Source: an uncultured Bacilli bacterium
Lineage (GTDB): Bacteria > Bacillota_I > Bacilli_A > RF39 > UBA660
Reading direction: 5' to 3'
Assembly (NCBI GenBank): GCA_934168245.1
Contig: CAKPMY010000007.1
Location: 1,834-65,833 of the forward strand
DNA: 64,000 nucleotides
Shown here: one piece after another, positions 21,458-30,587 of the stretch
Layout of the letters: every line of letters begins with the position of its first letter
How positions within the stretch are numbered: position 1 is the first letter of the stretch
Program-made: the position numbers and the translations under genes
Notes under the pieces: model-generated
The model's database searches: none
What the model saw: only the letters and a program-made list of their open reading frames with translations
Told to the model about the DNA's origin: nothing

Positions 21458-23254
21458 TTACTTACTTAATTCTATAAATTCATCTAATGTCTTTCTAAAT
21501 ACTTTCATTGCTTCATCAAATACTTTGGTATCTTTTAGATCAACATCAATTATTTTTAAGACTTCTAATGGATAGTCTCTACCAGAGGCCTTTAAAAATT
21601 CAATGTATTTTTCCCTGAAACCAGGAGTTTTATTCATAATATTTTCAGTAATGTAGGAAGCAATAGATAAACCTGTTGCATATTTATATACATAAAATGG
21701 AGAATAGAAATGTGGTACTCTTAAACATTCATATTTAATTTCAGCATCCAAGACTACTTTATTACCAAAATATAATTTATTCAAGTCATAATAGTAATTA
21801 CAAATGTTATCTGTAGTTAAAATTTCACCTTTATCAGTTAATTCATGAATATACTTTTCAAATTCAGCAAACATAGTTTGTCTAAAGATAGTACTTTTAA
21901 AGGTATTTAGACGATCTTCTAAAACATTTAATTTTTCTTCTTTGGTTTTTGCTTTTGCTTCCATGTAGTAAGATAGCAACATTTCATTTACAGTTGATGC
22001 TATCTCTGCTAGGAAGATCGGATATTCATGATTTTCGTAAGTGTTATACTTATTTGAAAAATATGTATGCATAGAATGACCTAATTCATGGGCTAAAGTA
22101 GAAACATCATTATAGGTATTTGTGTAATTTAATAAGACAAATGGTTTCGTATCATAGCCGCCACAAGAATAAGCACCTGATTTTTTATTTTTATTAGGGT
22201 ACTTATCTATCCAACCATTGGTGAAGGCTGTTTTTAAAACTGCTTGGTACTCATCACCTAAGATGCTAAGGGCATCTAAGACTATGTTTTTACCTTCTTC
22301 GAAACTATATTCTTTATCGTCTTGTTTAGTTACAGAAACATAACTATCATAGATATGAAAATCTTTTAATTTTAGTAGCCTTTGTTTTGTTTGATAATAT
22401 TCATATAATGAAGGTAAGTTTTTGTGAACTGTTTCAATTAAATTAGTGTATAATTCTACAGGAACATTATCTGAAAATAGACTTTCTTCAAGACTAGATG
22501 AGTATGTTCTTAATTTGCTTGAAGTACTTAGGGCTTCACTAGTTGTGGCTAGAGTTGAAGTTAGAGTATTTTTTACACTTCCGTAACCTTTGTGATAGTT
22601 AAGAAAAGCTGCTTTACGTACTCTTCTTATTTTGTCCTTTAGATAGATACTATAATTACTGGAATTTAGTTCAACTAATTTGTTATTACTATCTTTTATT
22701 TTAGCGAATTTTAAGTCAGCATCCATAAGATAAGAGGCTGTATCACTACTACTATCAATTACTTTAGCATAAGCAGATACTATTTTTTCTTCTTCTTTTG
22801 ATAAAGTATGTTCTTTATATCTAAGAATATCTTCAATACTATGACGATGTTTTTCTAAGGCTTTTTCCTCTGCAAAATAAGATAGTATTTTGGATTTATC
22901 ACAAGATAATATTGTTGGAGTGGCAAAAGATGTTTTTTCTTGAAAGGTTTGATATAAATTTTGAACTTTACCAGATAGTTCTTGATATGTACTGTTACCT
23001 AAGTCTTCATCACTTTTTCTAATAGCATATGTATATAGTTTTTCGAAAATTCTAGTTGTAGCACTATATAATTCCAAGAATTTTAGAAAGTTTTTACTTG
23101 ATGAAGTAAAGCTGTCTTGTTGTTTTTCTAACTCAGAGATGTTTTTTTCTACTTGATGACAATCTTTTTTTAGATCATTAAGATTTTTATAAACACTTTC
23201 TAAATCCCATTTATCTTTTTGTTCTACTTCGTTTCTTTCTAATAATTTTTCCAT
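21458..23254 (-). CDS. pepF: Oligoendopeptidase F (M3B family)
   Basis: HELGHSMH zinc-binding motif. About 600 aa M3B architecture. Confidence 0.9.
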   Translation of the reverse strand: MEKLLERNEVEQKDKWDLESVYKNLNDLKKDCHQVEKNISELEKQQDSFTSSSKNFLKFLELYSATTRIFEKLYTYAIRKSDEDLGNSTYQELSGKVQNLYQTFQEKTSFATPTILSCDKSKILSYFAEEKALEKHRHSIEDILRYKEHTLSKEEEKIVSAYAKVIDSSSDTASYLMDADLKFAKIKDSNNKLVELNSSNYSIYLKDKIRRVRKAAFLNYHKGYGSVKNTLTSTLATTSEALSTSSKLRTYSSSLEESLFSDNVPVELYTNLIETVHKNLPSLYEYYQTKQRLLKLKDFHIYDSYVSVTKQDDKEYSFEEGKNIVLDALSILGDEYQAVLKTAFTNGWIDKYPNKNKKSGAYSCGGYDTKPFVLLNYTNTYNDVSTLAHELGHSMHTYFSNKYNTYENHEYPIFLAEIASTVNEMLLSYYMEAKAKTKEEKLNVLEDRLNTFKSTIFRQTMFAEFEKYIHELTDKGEILTTDNICNYYYDLNKLYFGNKVVLDAEIKYECLRVPHFYSPFYVYKYATGLSIASYITENIMNKTPGFREKYIEFLKASGRDYPLEVLKIIDVDLKDTKVFDEAMKVFRKTLDEFIELSK

Positions 23255-23325
23255 TTTATATTTAAGTTAGTAATAAGAAGTAGTGCTTAAGTTAAGACTA
23301 CTTCTTATTTTTTTCCTTTCTATTT

Positions 23326-25167
23326 TTATTCTTCTTCGATATCCGCTTCTTTTACATCATCATCTTTTTTATTTTTCTTTTTTGGCTTTTCTTCTTCATC
23401 TTCTTTGTCAGCAGATGATTCTTGTTCACGTTCTTTTGCGGCTTGTTCATATACTTTTGTTGCTAGAGCCATGGCTTTTTCTTGAAGTTTTTCTTTTTCT
23501 TTCTTGATTTCATCGATATCTCCGTCTTCAAGGGCTTTCTTTAAGTCTTTGATTAGGTCTTCTGCTTCTTCTACTTCTTTTTTATCGGCTTTATCACCTA
23601 AATCTTTGATGGCTTTTTCTGTTTGGAATACCATTTGTTCTGCTTCGTTTTTAACTTCTGCTTCTTCTTTACGTTTTTCATCGGCTTCTTTATTTTCCTC
23701 AGCCTCTTTACGCATCTTTTCGATTTCTTCATCAGTTAAATTTGTACTTGAAGTAATAGTGATTGATTGTTCTTTATTAGTTCCTAAATCTTTAGCTTTT
23801 ACATTAACAATACCATTAGCATCAATATCAAATGTTACTTCGATTTGTGGTACTCCTCTTGGTGCTGGAGGAATGTTTCCTAATTGGAATCTTCCTAAAG
23901 TCTTGTTGTCTGCTGCCATTGGACGTTCACCTTGTAAGATGTGAATATCTACAGCGGGTTGATTATCAGCAGCAGTTGAGAATACTTCTTTCTTAGAAGT
24001 TGGAATTGTTGTATTTCTTGGAATTAGAGTTGTCATAACTCCACCTAAGGTTTCAAGTCCTAATGATAGAGGTGTAACATCTAGTAAGACGATATCATTA
24101 ACATCACCAGTTAAAACTCCACCTTGAATAGCAGCACCCATAGCAACTACTTCATCAGGGTTAACTTCACGTGAAGGTTCTTTTCCTAATTCTTTTGTAA
24201 TTAAATCATATACCATTGGTACACGAGTAGAGCCACCTACTAAGATTACTTTATCAAGATCTTTTTTAGTCATATGAGCATCTTTTAAGGCTTTTCTAAC
24301 TGGCTCTAGAGTTGATTCTACTAAGTCAGAAATTAAGTCTTCAAATTTGGCTCTTGTTAAAGTCATATCTAAGTGTAGAGGTTCTCCATCGTCACCTTTA
24401 GCAATAAATGGTGCAGATACTTGAGTTGATACCATTCCTGATAAGTCTTTCTTGGCTTTTTCTGCTACTTCTTTTAAACGTTGCATTGCCATCTTATCTT
24501 TTGATAAGTCAACACCGTTTTCTTTCTTAAATTCTTTTACTAAGTATTCGATGATTCTCTCATCAAAGTCATCTCCACCTAAATGGTTATTACCAGCAGT
24601 AGATTTAACTTCAAATACACCATCACCTAATTCTAGGATAGATACATCGAAAGTACCACCACCTAAGTCGTAAACTAGGATTGTTTGTCCTTCATCTTTT
24701 TCAAGACCATATGCTAGAGCAGCAGCAGTTGGTTCATTGATAATTCTTTCTACTTCTAGACCAGCGATTTTACCAGCATTTTTAGTTGCTTGACGTTGTG
24801 AATCGTTGAAGTATGCTGGAACTGTAATAACGGCTTTAGTAACTTTTTCTCCTAGGTAACTTTCAGCATAGTCTTTGATGTATGATAGGATCATGGCTGA
24901 AATTTCTTCTGGAGTATATTTTTTACCTTCTAGTTCAACTTTTTCACTAGTACCCATTTTTCTTTTAATTGATGAAACAGTATTTGGGTTAGTCAATGCT
25001 TGACGTTTTGCTGATTCACCAACAATTCTTTCTCCTTTTTTGAAGGCTACAACTGAAGGAGTTGTTCTTGAACCTTCTGGATTTGGAATTACTTTTGGTG
25101 CTCCTGCTTCTAGTACAGCAGCACATGAATTTGTTGTACCTAAATCGATACCTATAATTTTACTCAT
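23326..25167 (-). CDS. dnaK: Molecular chaperone DnaK (Hsp70)
   Basis: [19 protein letters not shown], and an acidic C-terminal tail. Confidence 0.97.
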   Translation of the reverse strand: MSKIIGIDLGTTNSCAAVLEAGAPKVIPNPEGSRTTPSVVAFKKGERIVGESAKRQALTNPNTVSSIKRKMGTSEKVELEGKKYTPEEISAMILSYIKDYAESYLGEKVTKAVITVPAYFNDSQRQATKNAGKIAGLEVERIINEPTAAALAYGLEKDEGQTILVYDLGGGTFDVSILELGDGVFEVKSTAGNNHLGGDDFDERIIEYLVKEFKKENGVDLSKDKMAMQRLKEVAEKAKKDLSGMVSTQVSAPFIAKGDDGEPLHLDMTLTRAKFEDLISDLVESTLEPVRKALKDAHMTKKDLDKVILVGGSTRVPMVYDLITKELGKEPSREVNPDEVVAMGAAIQGGVLTGDVNDIVLLDVTPLSLGLETLGGVMTTLIPRNTTIPTSKKEVFSTAADNQPAVDIHILQGERPMAADNKTLGRFQLGNIPPAPRGVPQIEVTFDIDANGIVNVKAKDLGTNKEQSITITSSTNLTDEEIEKMRKEAEENKEADEKRKEEAEVKNEAEQMVFQTEKAIKDLGDKADKKEVEEAEDLIKDLKKALEDGDIDEIKKEKEKLQEKAMALATKVYEQAAKEREQESSADKEDEEEKPKKKNKKDDDVKEADIEEE

Positions 25168-25182
25168 ATATTATCTCTCCTT

Positions 25183-25824
25183 TTATAATTGATTTATTTT
25201 TACTGAGGCAGGTCTTATGACTCTGTCTTTTAATTTATAACCTTTTTGTAATACTTCTAATACTTCTTCATCTTGATGATCGGCTAGACTATCAGTTATT
25301 AGAGCTTGTTCTTGAGTTGGATCAAATATTTCACCGACTCTTGATATTTCTTCTACTCCAAACTTTTGTAGGGCACCATTTAAAGATGCATACATTATTT
25401 TAAAGCCAGCAAGGAATTTTGATAGTTCATCAGTTAGATCATTATCATCTAACTTGATGGCTCTTTCAAAATTATCCATGATTGGAAGTATTTCCATAAT
25501 TAAATTTTGATTGGCATATTTTAACATACTAGCAGTTTCTTCGTCTTTGCGACGACGATAATTTATTAATTCGGCTTGAGCCAGTTTTACTTTTTCAGTT
25601 AAAGTATTATTTAACTCTTCTAGTTCTTTTACTTTAGCAAGTAACTCTTCTTCTTTTTTAGTATCTTTTACATTCTTATCACAATTGCAAGCATGCTCAT
25701 GATGTTTTTTACCATGGCGATGACAATTACAATGTTCGTGATTTTCAGGTTGATGATTATTTGATTGTGGACTTACATTTTCATTTTCTTGTAATGTCTC
25801 TATATTTTCATTTTCTTTGTTCAT
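25183..25824 (-). CDS. grpE: Nucleotide exchange factor GrpE with an unusual His/Cys-rich N-terminal extension
   Basis: GrpE core (coiled-coil plus C-terminal beta domain). The N-terminus carries HEHCNCHRHGKKHHEHACNCDKN. Confidence 0.9.
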   Translation of the reverse strand: MNKENENIETLQENENVSPQSNNHQPENHEHCNCHRHGKKHHEHACNCDKNVKDTKKEEELLAKVKELEELNNTLTEKVKLAQAELINYRRRKDEETASMLKYANQNLIMEILPIMDNFERAIKLDDNDLTDELSKFLAGFKIMYASLNGALQKFGVEEISRVGEIFDPTQEQALITDSLADHQDEEVLEVLQKGYKLKDRVIRPASVKINQL

Positions 25825-25830
25825 ACTCTC

Positions 25831-26829
25831 CTACCTTTCAATGTTTTCTTTCATGTATTCTAGCATGGAAACAACTTGATCATATTCCATTCTTTTAGGA
25901 CCAACAATTGCGATTGTTCCTTCTTCTGTAGGTGTTTTAAACCTTGTTTTTATAACTGTAACATCATCATCTATGTTACTTTCAGCGCCAATATATACTT
26001 TAATATTATTCTCATCATCTTCTTCAATATTACGAAGAACTTCTTTATCCTCTAACTTATTATATATGTTTTTGATTTTTTCAATATTAGTACTGAATTC
26101 AGGTTGTTCCAATATCTTATGTCTTCCTACTACATTTACTTCTTGATTAGTAAAATCATTAAATACATGATAAAAGGCATTATATAATTGTTCGTGTTGT
26201 TTTACATATTTACCAATGATTGGTTTTATTTCATACTCTAATTTTACACTTACTTCATCTATTGGTGTACCTGCTATTAAGTTATTAATTAGGCTGACTG
26301 TTTTTTTGATTTCATCTAGTGAAACATCTTGTAGTTTTATATTTTTATGTTCCACATGGCCTTTATCAGTAACAATTATAACAATCATACTAGAATCATC
26401 AATAGGAACTACTTCTATTTGTTTAAGTAAGTTCTCATGTGAGGTACTTCCTAAAACAACGGTTGTGTAATTGGTAATATCTGATATGACTTGTAAACTT
26501 TTAGTAATTACATCTGATAAGGCTAATTGTTGATTTCTAAAGACAATTTGTAATTTTAACATGTCTTCGGCATTCATCTTTTTTATTTCCATTAAGTTAT
26601 CTACATAGTAGCGATATCCGGCTTCACTAGGAATACGACCTGATGATGTATGAGTCTTCTCTAATAAACCGGCATTTTCAAGAGCAGCCATTTCATTTCG
26701 GACTGTAGCACTTGAACATTTTAAGGTTTTTGATATTATTTTTGAACCAATTGGTTTGGCTTCTTTTATATATCTTTCTACAATTAGTTTTAAGACGTTG
26801 CTCTGTCTTTTTGTCAACACTTTCATCAA
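25831..26829 (-). CDS. hrcA: Heat-inducible transcription repressor HrcA
   Basis: N-terminal winged HTH (ERYI...PIGSK..S) and HrcA C-terminal domain. First gene of the dnaK operon. CIRCE elements lie upstream. Confidence 0.9.
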   Translation of the reverse strand: MMKVLTKRQSNVLKLIVERYIKEAKPIGSKIISKTLKCSSATVRNEMAALENAGLLEKTHTSSGRIPSEAGYRYYVDNLMEIKKMNAEDMLKLQIVFRNQQLALSDVITKSLQVISDITNYTTVVLGSTSHENLLKQIEVVPIDDSSMIVIIVTDKGHVEHKNIKLQDVSLDEIKKTVSLINNLIAGTPIDEVSVKLEYEIKPIIGKYVKQHEQLYNAFYHVFNDFTNQEVNVVGRHKILEQPEFSTNIEKIKNIYNKLEDKEVLRNIEEDDENNIKVYIGAESNIDDDVTVIKTRFKTPTEEGTIAIVGPKRMEYDQVVSMLEYMKENIER

Positions 26830-26833
26830 CCTC

Positions 26834-26860
26834 CTAGCACTATCATCTCATCTGTGCTAA
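26834..26860. promoter_or_regulatory. CIRCE operator copy 1 (CTAGCACTA-N9-CTGTGCTAA), overlapping the hrcA RBS
   Basis: Matches the CIRCE consensus TTAGCACTC-N9-GAGTGCTAA in 7/9 plus 7/9 positions with an exact 9-nt spacer. Confidence 0.65.
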
Positions 26861-26879
26861 TTGTATTGTATGACTTTTT

Positions 26880-26906
26880 TTAGCACTTGTCAACTATTTG
26901 TGCTAA
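26880..26906. promoter_or_regulatory. CIRCE operator copy 2 (TTAGCACTT-N9-TTGTGCTAA)
   Basis: 8/9 plus 7/9 match to the CIRCE consensus with a 9-nt spacer, 20 nt upstream of copy 1. Confidence 0.75.
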
Positions 26907-26944
26907 ATTAATTTTAAAAAATTAAAGAGTAATAAAATTACTCC

Positions 26945-29041
26945 TTAATATAGGGCATATTCAAAGCGCCAACGTTGTGTAAAAGTAGCATCGGTTGTAT
27001 TTGCAGGGGCTATTTCAATATCCGAATCTTTATAAAAGGCATTGTTGATTGTTGATAGGTAATTACTTCCTTCTCTGGCTTGAATACGGAAAGTACCATC
27101 GCCTAAAGGAATTATATTCCAGTGAGTCCATTTATATGAATCATTGTAGCCTGCCGCTGTGTTTACAGCTGTGTGCGCTTGGCCAAGACTATCTTTTATT
27201 TGTAAAGCATTATTTGACTCTATTTCAACTATCTTATAATATCCAGTACTTAGTTTGGTAATTGCCCATTTTTGAACTCCAGATGACTTGAATGTTGATA
27301 AAGATACGTGTCTTCCGGATGTTCCGGTATCATCTGTTGGTCCAACATTGTTGTTGGCTGCCGTTAAGGCTCTACTATTTAGAGACATTGCTGACTCAAT
27401 ATAATAGATACCAGTTTGTAAAGTAGTCGTATTATTATCTAGCCTCCAAGCAGTAAAACGATAGCCGGCCGTCTGTTCTGGAACACTAACATAGGACTCG
27501 GTATTAGAGTCACTGTACTGTTTAACGGTTTGCCAAGTGCTATTATTACTAGAAACTGTAAGGCGATGTTTATACTGACTAGACTCTGCAGCAGTACCGG
27601 CTTTATGTAGGACGTAGATTTCATCAAGATTGTATGCTGAACCGAGATTTACCGTAACACAGGCTTCAGCACCAGTCGTTTTAGTTACAGTATATGGAGA
27701 TGATATTTCTGAATCTGTTATTAGACTAGTACTTGTTCCTGCAACGGCACTGCCGCCACTAGATGTAACAGATTTGCCTGCGGCTACATTAGTACCGTTT
27801 ACTGAGGCTTGAATTTCTAACCAACTTGCAGTTAATTGATCTGTTGATGTTCCATAAGTACAATCTCTTATGTATTGAACATTATTTAAAAGTGTATTTT
27901 TTCTTTGGGGCTTTTCATCACGAGAGGATTGGGATACTAATTCAATCTTAGCATAACCGTTGCCTTCATTTACGGCACTGGCCATACGACCATCGATTAT
28001 ACTTTTGTCGCCGGTGTAATATGTAACTGTTATATCGGCACCTAATCTATTTTTTCCAGGTCCTTGATATTTCATTCCACCATAACCGGCTATAAATGAA
28101 GAACCACCAGCACCGGAGCCAGCAATATCTCCAGCAGTAGTACTTGTACCAGCACCACCACCAAAGTAGCCGCCGCCTCCACCACCGCCGTGAGTTCTAT
28201 CAATTGGTGAAGAGCCACCAGTTCCTAATCTACCACAGCCAGATAGATATTTATTATCTTCATCGGTATAAAAGGCTCTATTACAATCTCCAACTGTTGT
28301 TGTGGAAGTTATATTAAGGAAACTCCAGATTGTTGGTCCTACTTGTTTACCAGCACCAGCAGGAGTATAGGTGTCACCTGCTTTATTCTGGCCACCATCG
28401 CTTCCCCAAATTTGGCCACCATTTCCACCGTCGGATCCATCTTCTAAACCGTCGGCTCCTCCTCCGCCAGCAGCAACTAGAAAACGACTTTGGAGAGATT
28501 CTTCTTGATCCCAGGCACCACGGATTGTTCTTACGTCGGTAGAACCACCGCCACCTTTACCAGTTTCACTGCCACCGTCGCCGCCGCCATTTACGCCACC
28601 TTTAGAGGTTGTGGTTGTTCCACCGATGTAAAAATATAAGGTTTCATTTTCTTCAAGATAAACTACTCCTGAAACATACGAACCTTTTCCACCTGTTCTA
28701 GCTTTTCTAGTAGTTGAACTAGTTGAACCACCTGATGCTCCCCATAATTCTATTTTATACCAACCTGATTGGCCAGTTGGAACTACATATTCTTTAGGTT
28801 CAGCTGTTGTTGCATCTGGATCAAGTTCTAATTTAGTTGATGATAAACTATATCTATTTAATTCCTCTTCAATTTGATCGACTAATTTATGTGTACTTTT
28901 TCTATTTGATGCCATCATTCCCATCATTATTATTACCATTAAGAAAACCATTATTAATAGTGAATATAGGACTGATGAAATTGCAAACCCTTTATTATTT
29001 AATCTTTTTACTCTTCTTTTCTTATTCATTAGCATCACCAT
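26945..29041 (-). CDS. Large surface protein: pilin-like N-terminal TM (KGFAISSVLYSLLIMVFL), long glycine-rich region, central galactose-binding-like segment, and a C-terminal ricin-B (beta-trefoil, QxW) lectin domain
   Basis: N-terminus resembles a prepilin cleavage/methylation motif but lacks Glu5. Runs such as GGGGGGGYFGGGAG. The C-terminus has QKW / YKW / QRW repeats spaced about 40 aa apart, typical of ricin-B lectins. Confidence 0.55.
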   Translation of the reverse strand: MVMLMNKKRRVKRLNNKGFAISSVLYSLLIMVFLMVIIMMGMMASNRKSTHKLVDQIEEELNRYSLSSTKLELDPDATTAEPKEYVVPTGQSGWYKIELWGASGGSTSSTTRKARTGGKGSYVSGVVYLEENETLYFYIGGTTTTSKGGVNGGGDGGSETGKGGGGSTDVRTIRGAWDQEESLQSRFLVAAGGGGADGLEDGSDGGNGGQIWGSDGGQNKAGDTYTPAGAGKQVGPTIWSFLNITSTTTVGDCNRAFYTDEDNKYLSGCGRLGTGGSSPIDRTHGGGGGGGYFGGGAGTSTTAGDIAGSGAGGSSFIAGYGGMKYQGPGKNRLGADITVTYYTGDKSIIDGRMASAVNEGNGYAKIELVSQSSRDEKPQRKNTLLNNVQYIRDCTYGTSTDQLTASWLEIQASVNGTNVAAGKSVTSSGGSAVAGTSTSLITDSEISSPYTVTKTTGAEACVTVNLGSAYNLDEIYVLHKAGTAAESSQYKHRLTVSSNNSTWQTVKQYSDSNTESYVSVPEQTAGYRFTAWRLDNNTTTLQTGIYYIESAMSLNSRALTAANNNVGPTDDTGTSGRHVSLSTFKSSGVQKWAITKLSTGYYKIVEIESNNALQIKDSLGQAHTAVNTAAGYNDSYKWTHWNIIPLGDGTFRIQAREGSNYLSTINNAFYKDSDIEIAPANTTDATFTQRWRFEYALY

Positions 29042-29064
29042 TACTATTATATTCTAGATATATT

Positions 29065-29613
29065 CTAACACATTTTTCCTAGTATAACTACCCATTTATC
29101 ACCATATTTTTTTTCTTTTAAGCGTTTATAATATGGAGAATAAATTATCTTATCTAGACTATTCGATTCACAAATAACTAGACTTGTATCATTTATTAGA
29201 TTATATTCGGCTATTAATTTAAGACTTTTTTCAATGTATTCAGTATCGTATGGTGGATCTAGAAAAATTAAGTCGAATTTCAGATTTTGTGTTGAAAACG
29301 ACTTTAAGGCATCTTTATAATCACTTAGTAATACTTTACAGTTTTTTACACCAATTTTAGTGATATTTTCCTTTATTACCTTATAGGCTTGATGAGACTT
29401 ATCAACGGCATAGGCTTCTTTTGCACCTTGACTTAGGGCTTCGATAGCAAGAGAGGCAGAGCCAGCAAATAAGTCTAAGATGGTAGCATCGTGGATACTT
29501 TCTTGAATACTAGCAAAAAGACTTTCTTTTACTCTATCCATAGTTGGTCTAGTACCAGGCATATTAAAACCTTGTAAGGTTCGACCTTTATATATTCCAG
29601 ATATTACTTTCAT
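29065..29613 (-). CDS. rsmD: 16S rRNA (guanine966-N2)-methyltransferase RsmD
   Basis: DLFAGSASLAIEALSQGA motif I and DPPY motif IV. Matches the Bacillus ylbH position. Confidence 0.85.
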   Translation of the reverse strand: MKVISGIYKGRTLQGFNMPGTRPTMDRVKESLFASIQESIHDATILDLFAGSASLAIEALSQGAKEAYAVDKSHQAYKVIKENITKIGVKNCKVLLSDYKDALKSFSTQNLKFDLIFLDPPYDTEYIEKSLKLIAEYNLINDTSLVICESNSLDKIIYSPYYKRLKEKKYGDKWVVILGKMC

Positions 29614-29894
29614 AAATTACACTTACCTTTACTATTTATTTTTTTTAGTTCTTTATTAATTTTCAATATTAAGATGTTTAGATCTGTTTCGGCAACTTTA
29701 TATTTTTGATAGAATTCATCCTGGCAGATTTCTGTTTTTAAACTTTCATTTACCCTTTCTTTATAGTTGTTTATTTTTTTTTGAAGTTCTTTACTGGTTG
29801 CGAGTTTTTTATTTAATTCAATTATAGTCTTTACTTCAGTAGTATTATTCAAATTTTCTTTTAAGTTTGCTACTTGTCTTATTAATTCTTCCAT
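29610..29894 (-). CDS. Small coiled-coil protein, possibly YlbF/YmcA family (positional equivalent of Bacillus ylbF)
   Basis: Lies between the ylbE-like gene and rsmD as in B. subtilis ylbD-ylbE-ylbF-ylbG-ylbH. Helical with C-terminal Cys. Weak motif support. Confidence 0.35.
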   Translation of the reverse strand: MEELIRQVANLKENLNNTTEVKTIIELNKKLATSKELQKKINNYKERVNESLKTEICQDEFYQKYKVAETDLNILILKINKELKKINSKGKCNL

Positions 29895-29915
29895 GTATTA
29901 ATTTTATCATAAAAT

Positions 29916-30137
29916 TTACTTTAATACATCTAAAATAGTTGAAACCATATTTATTCCTTGAGATATTTTTTCAATTCTATCTTGTGGAGTTAATTTATAC
30001 TTTTTCTTCATCTCTTTTTCTAAAGGTTTTAAGTATTCCCTGCTTCTATTTAGATATTTATACCAATGGGAATTTTCTCTTAGATAGTTATAGAGTAATT
30101 GATTATTTTTTATATAGTTTATAGTGTATAAATCCAT
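29916..30137 (-). CDS. YlbE-like small protein
   Basis: Motif YLRENSHWYKYLNRS resembles the YlbE-family core (LRENPxWYRxLSR). Synteny supports it. Confidence 0.4.
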   Translation of the reverse strand: MDLYTINYIKNNQLLYNYLRENSHWYKYLNRSREYLKPLEKEMKKKYKLTPQDRIEKISQGINMVSTILDVLK

Positions 30138-30176
30138 ATTGAGCCTCTTTTCTTTTATTGAGGTAGTGGCGGTGAA

Positions 30177-30548
30177 TTAATCCTCAAAATATTTATATAT
30201 TGGTCGTGATTCATATGTATTGGTTGGTACTTTAGTATTAGTTAGACCAATATCTTGTAGAAGACCAATTGTTTTTTGGAGATTATTTACCCCTTTTTGA
30301 ACGGTGTCTAAATCGAGATTTTTTACAGTATTAAATAGATCTTTGAACGAGGACGAGGCGGTGGTTGCTCTATCGAGGATTGTTTCTTTCTTTGTAAAGT
30401 AACCGTCCCAAACTTGACTATTTTCGCCATATATTTCATATAATTCGTATAGTTTTTGCCAGGTAACATTATTTTTTAGGACTGAAGTTGCAAGTTCTGG
30501 ATGGTTTCTAGCAAATGCTTTAAATGTTTCTTTTGACATACTTATCAC
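30177..30548 (-). CDS. YlbD-like protein (putative coat-protein family)
   Basis: N-terminal FKAFARNHPELATSVLKNNVTWQKLYELYEIYGENSQVWDGY matches the recollected YlbD family pattern. Synteny supports it. Confidence 0.45.
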   Translation of the reverse strand: MISMSKETFKAFARNHPELATSVLKNNVTWQKLYELYEIYGENSQVWDGYFTKKETILDRATTASSSFKDLFNTVKNLDLDTVQKGVNNLQKTIGLLQDIGLTNTKVPTNTYESRPIYKYFED

Positions 30549-30587
30549 CTATATAATTGTATGTTTTAGCAAAGAAAAAAGAAGTTT

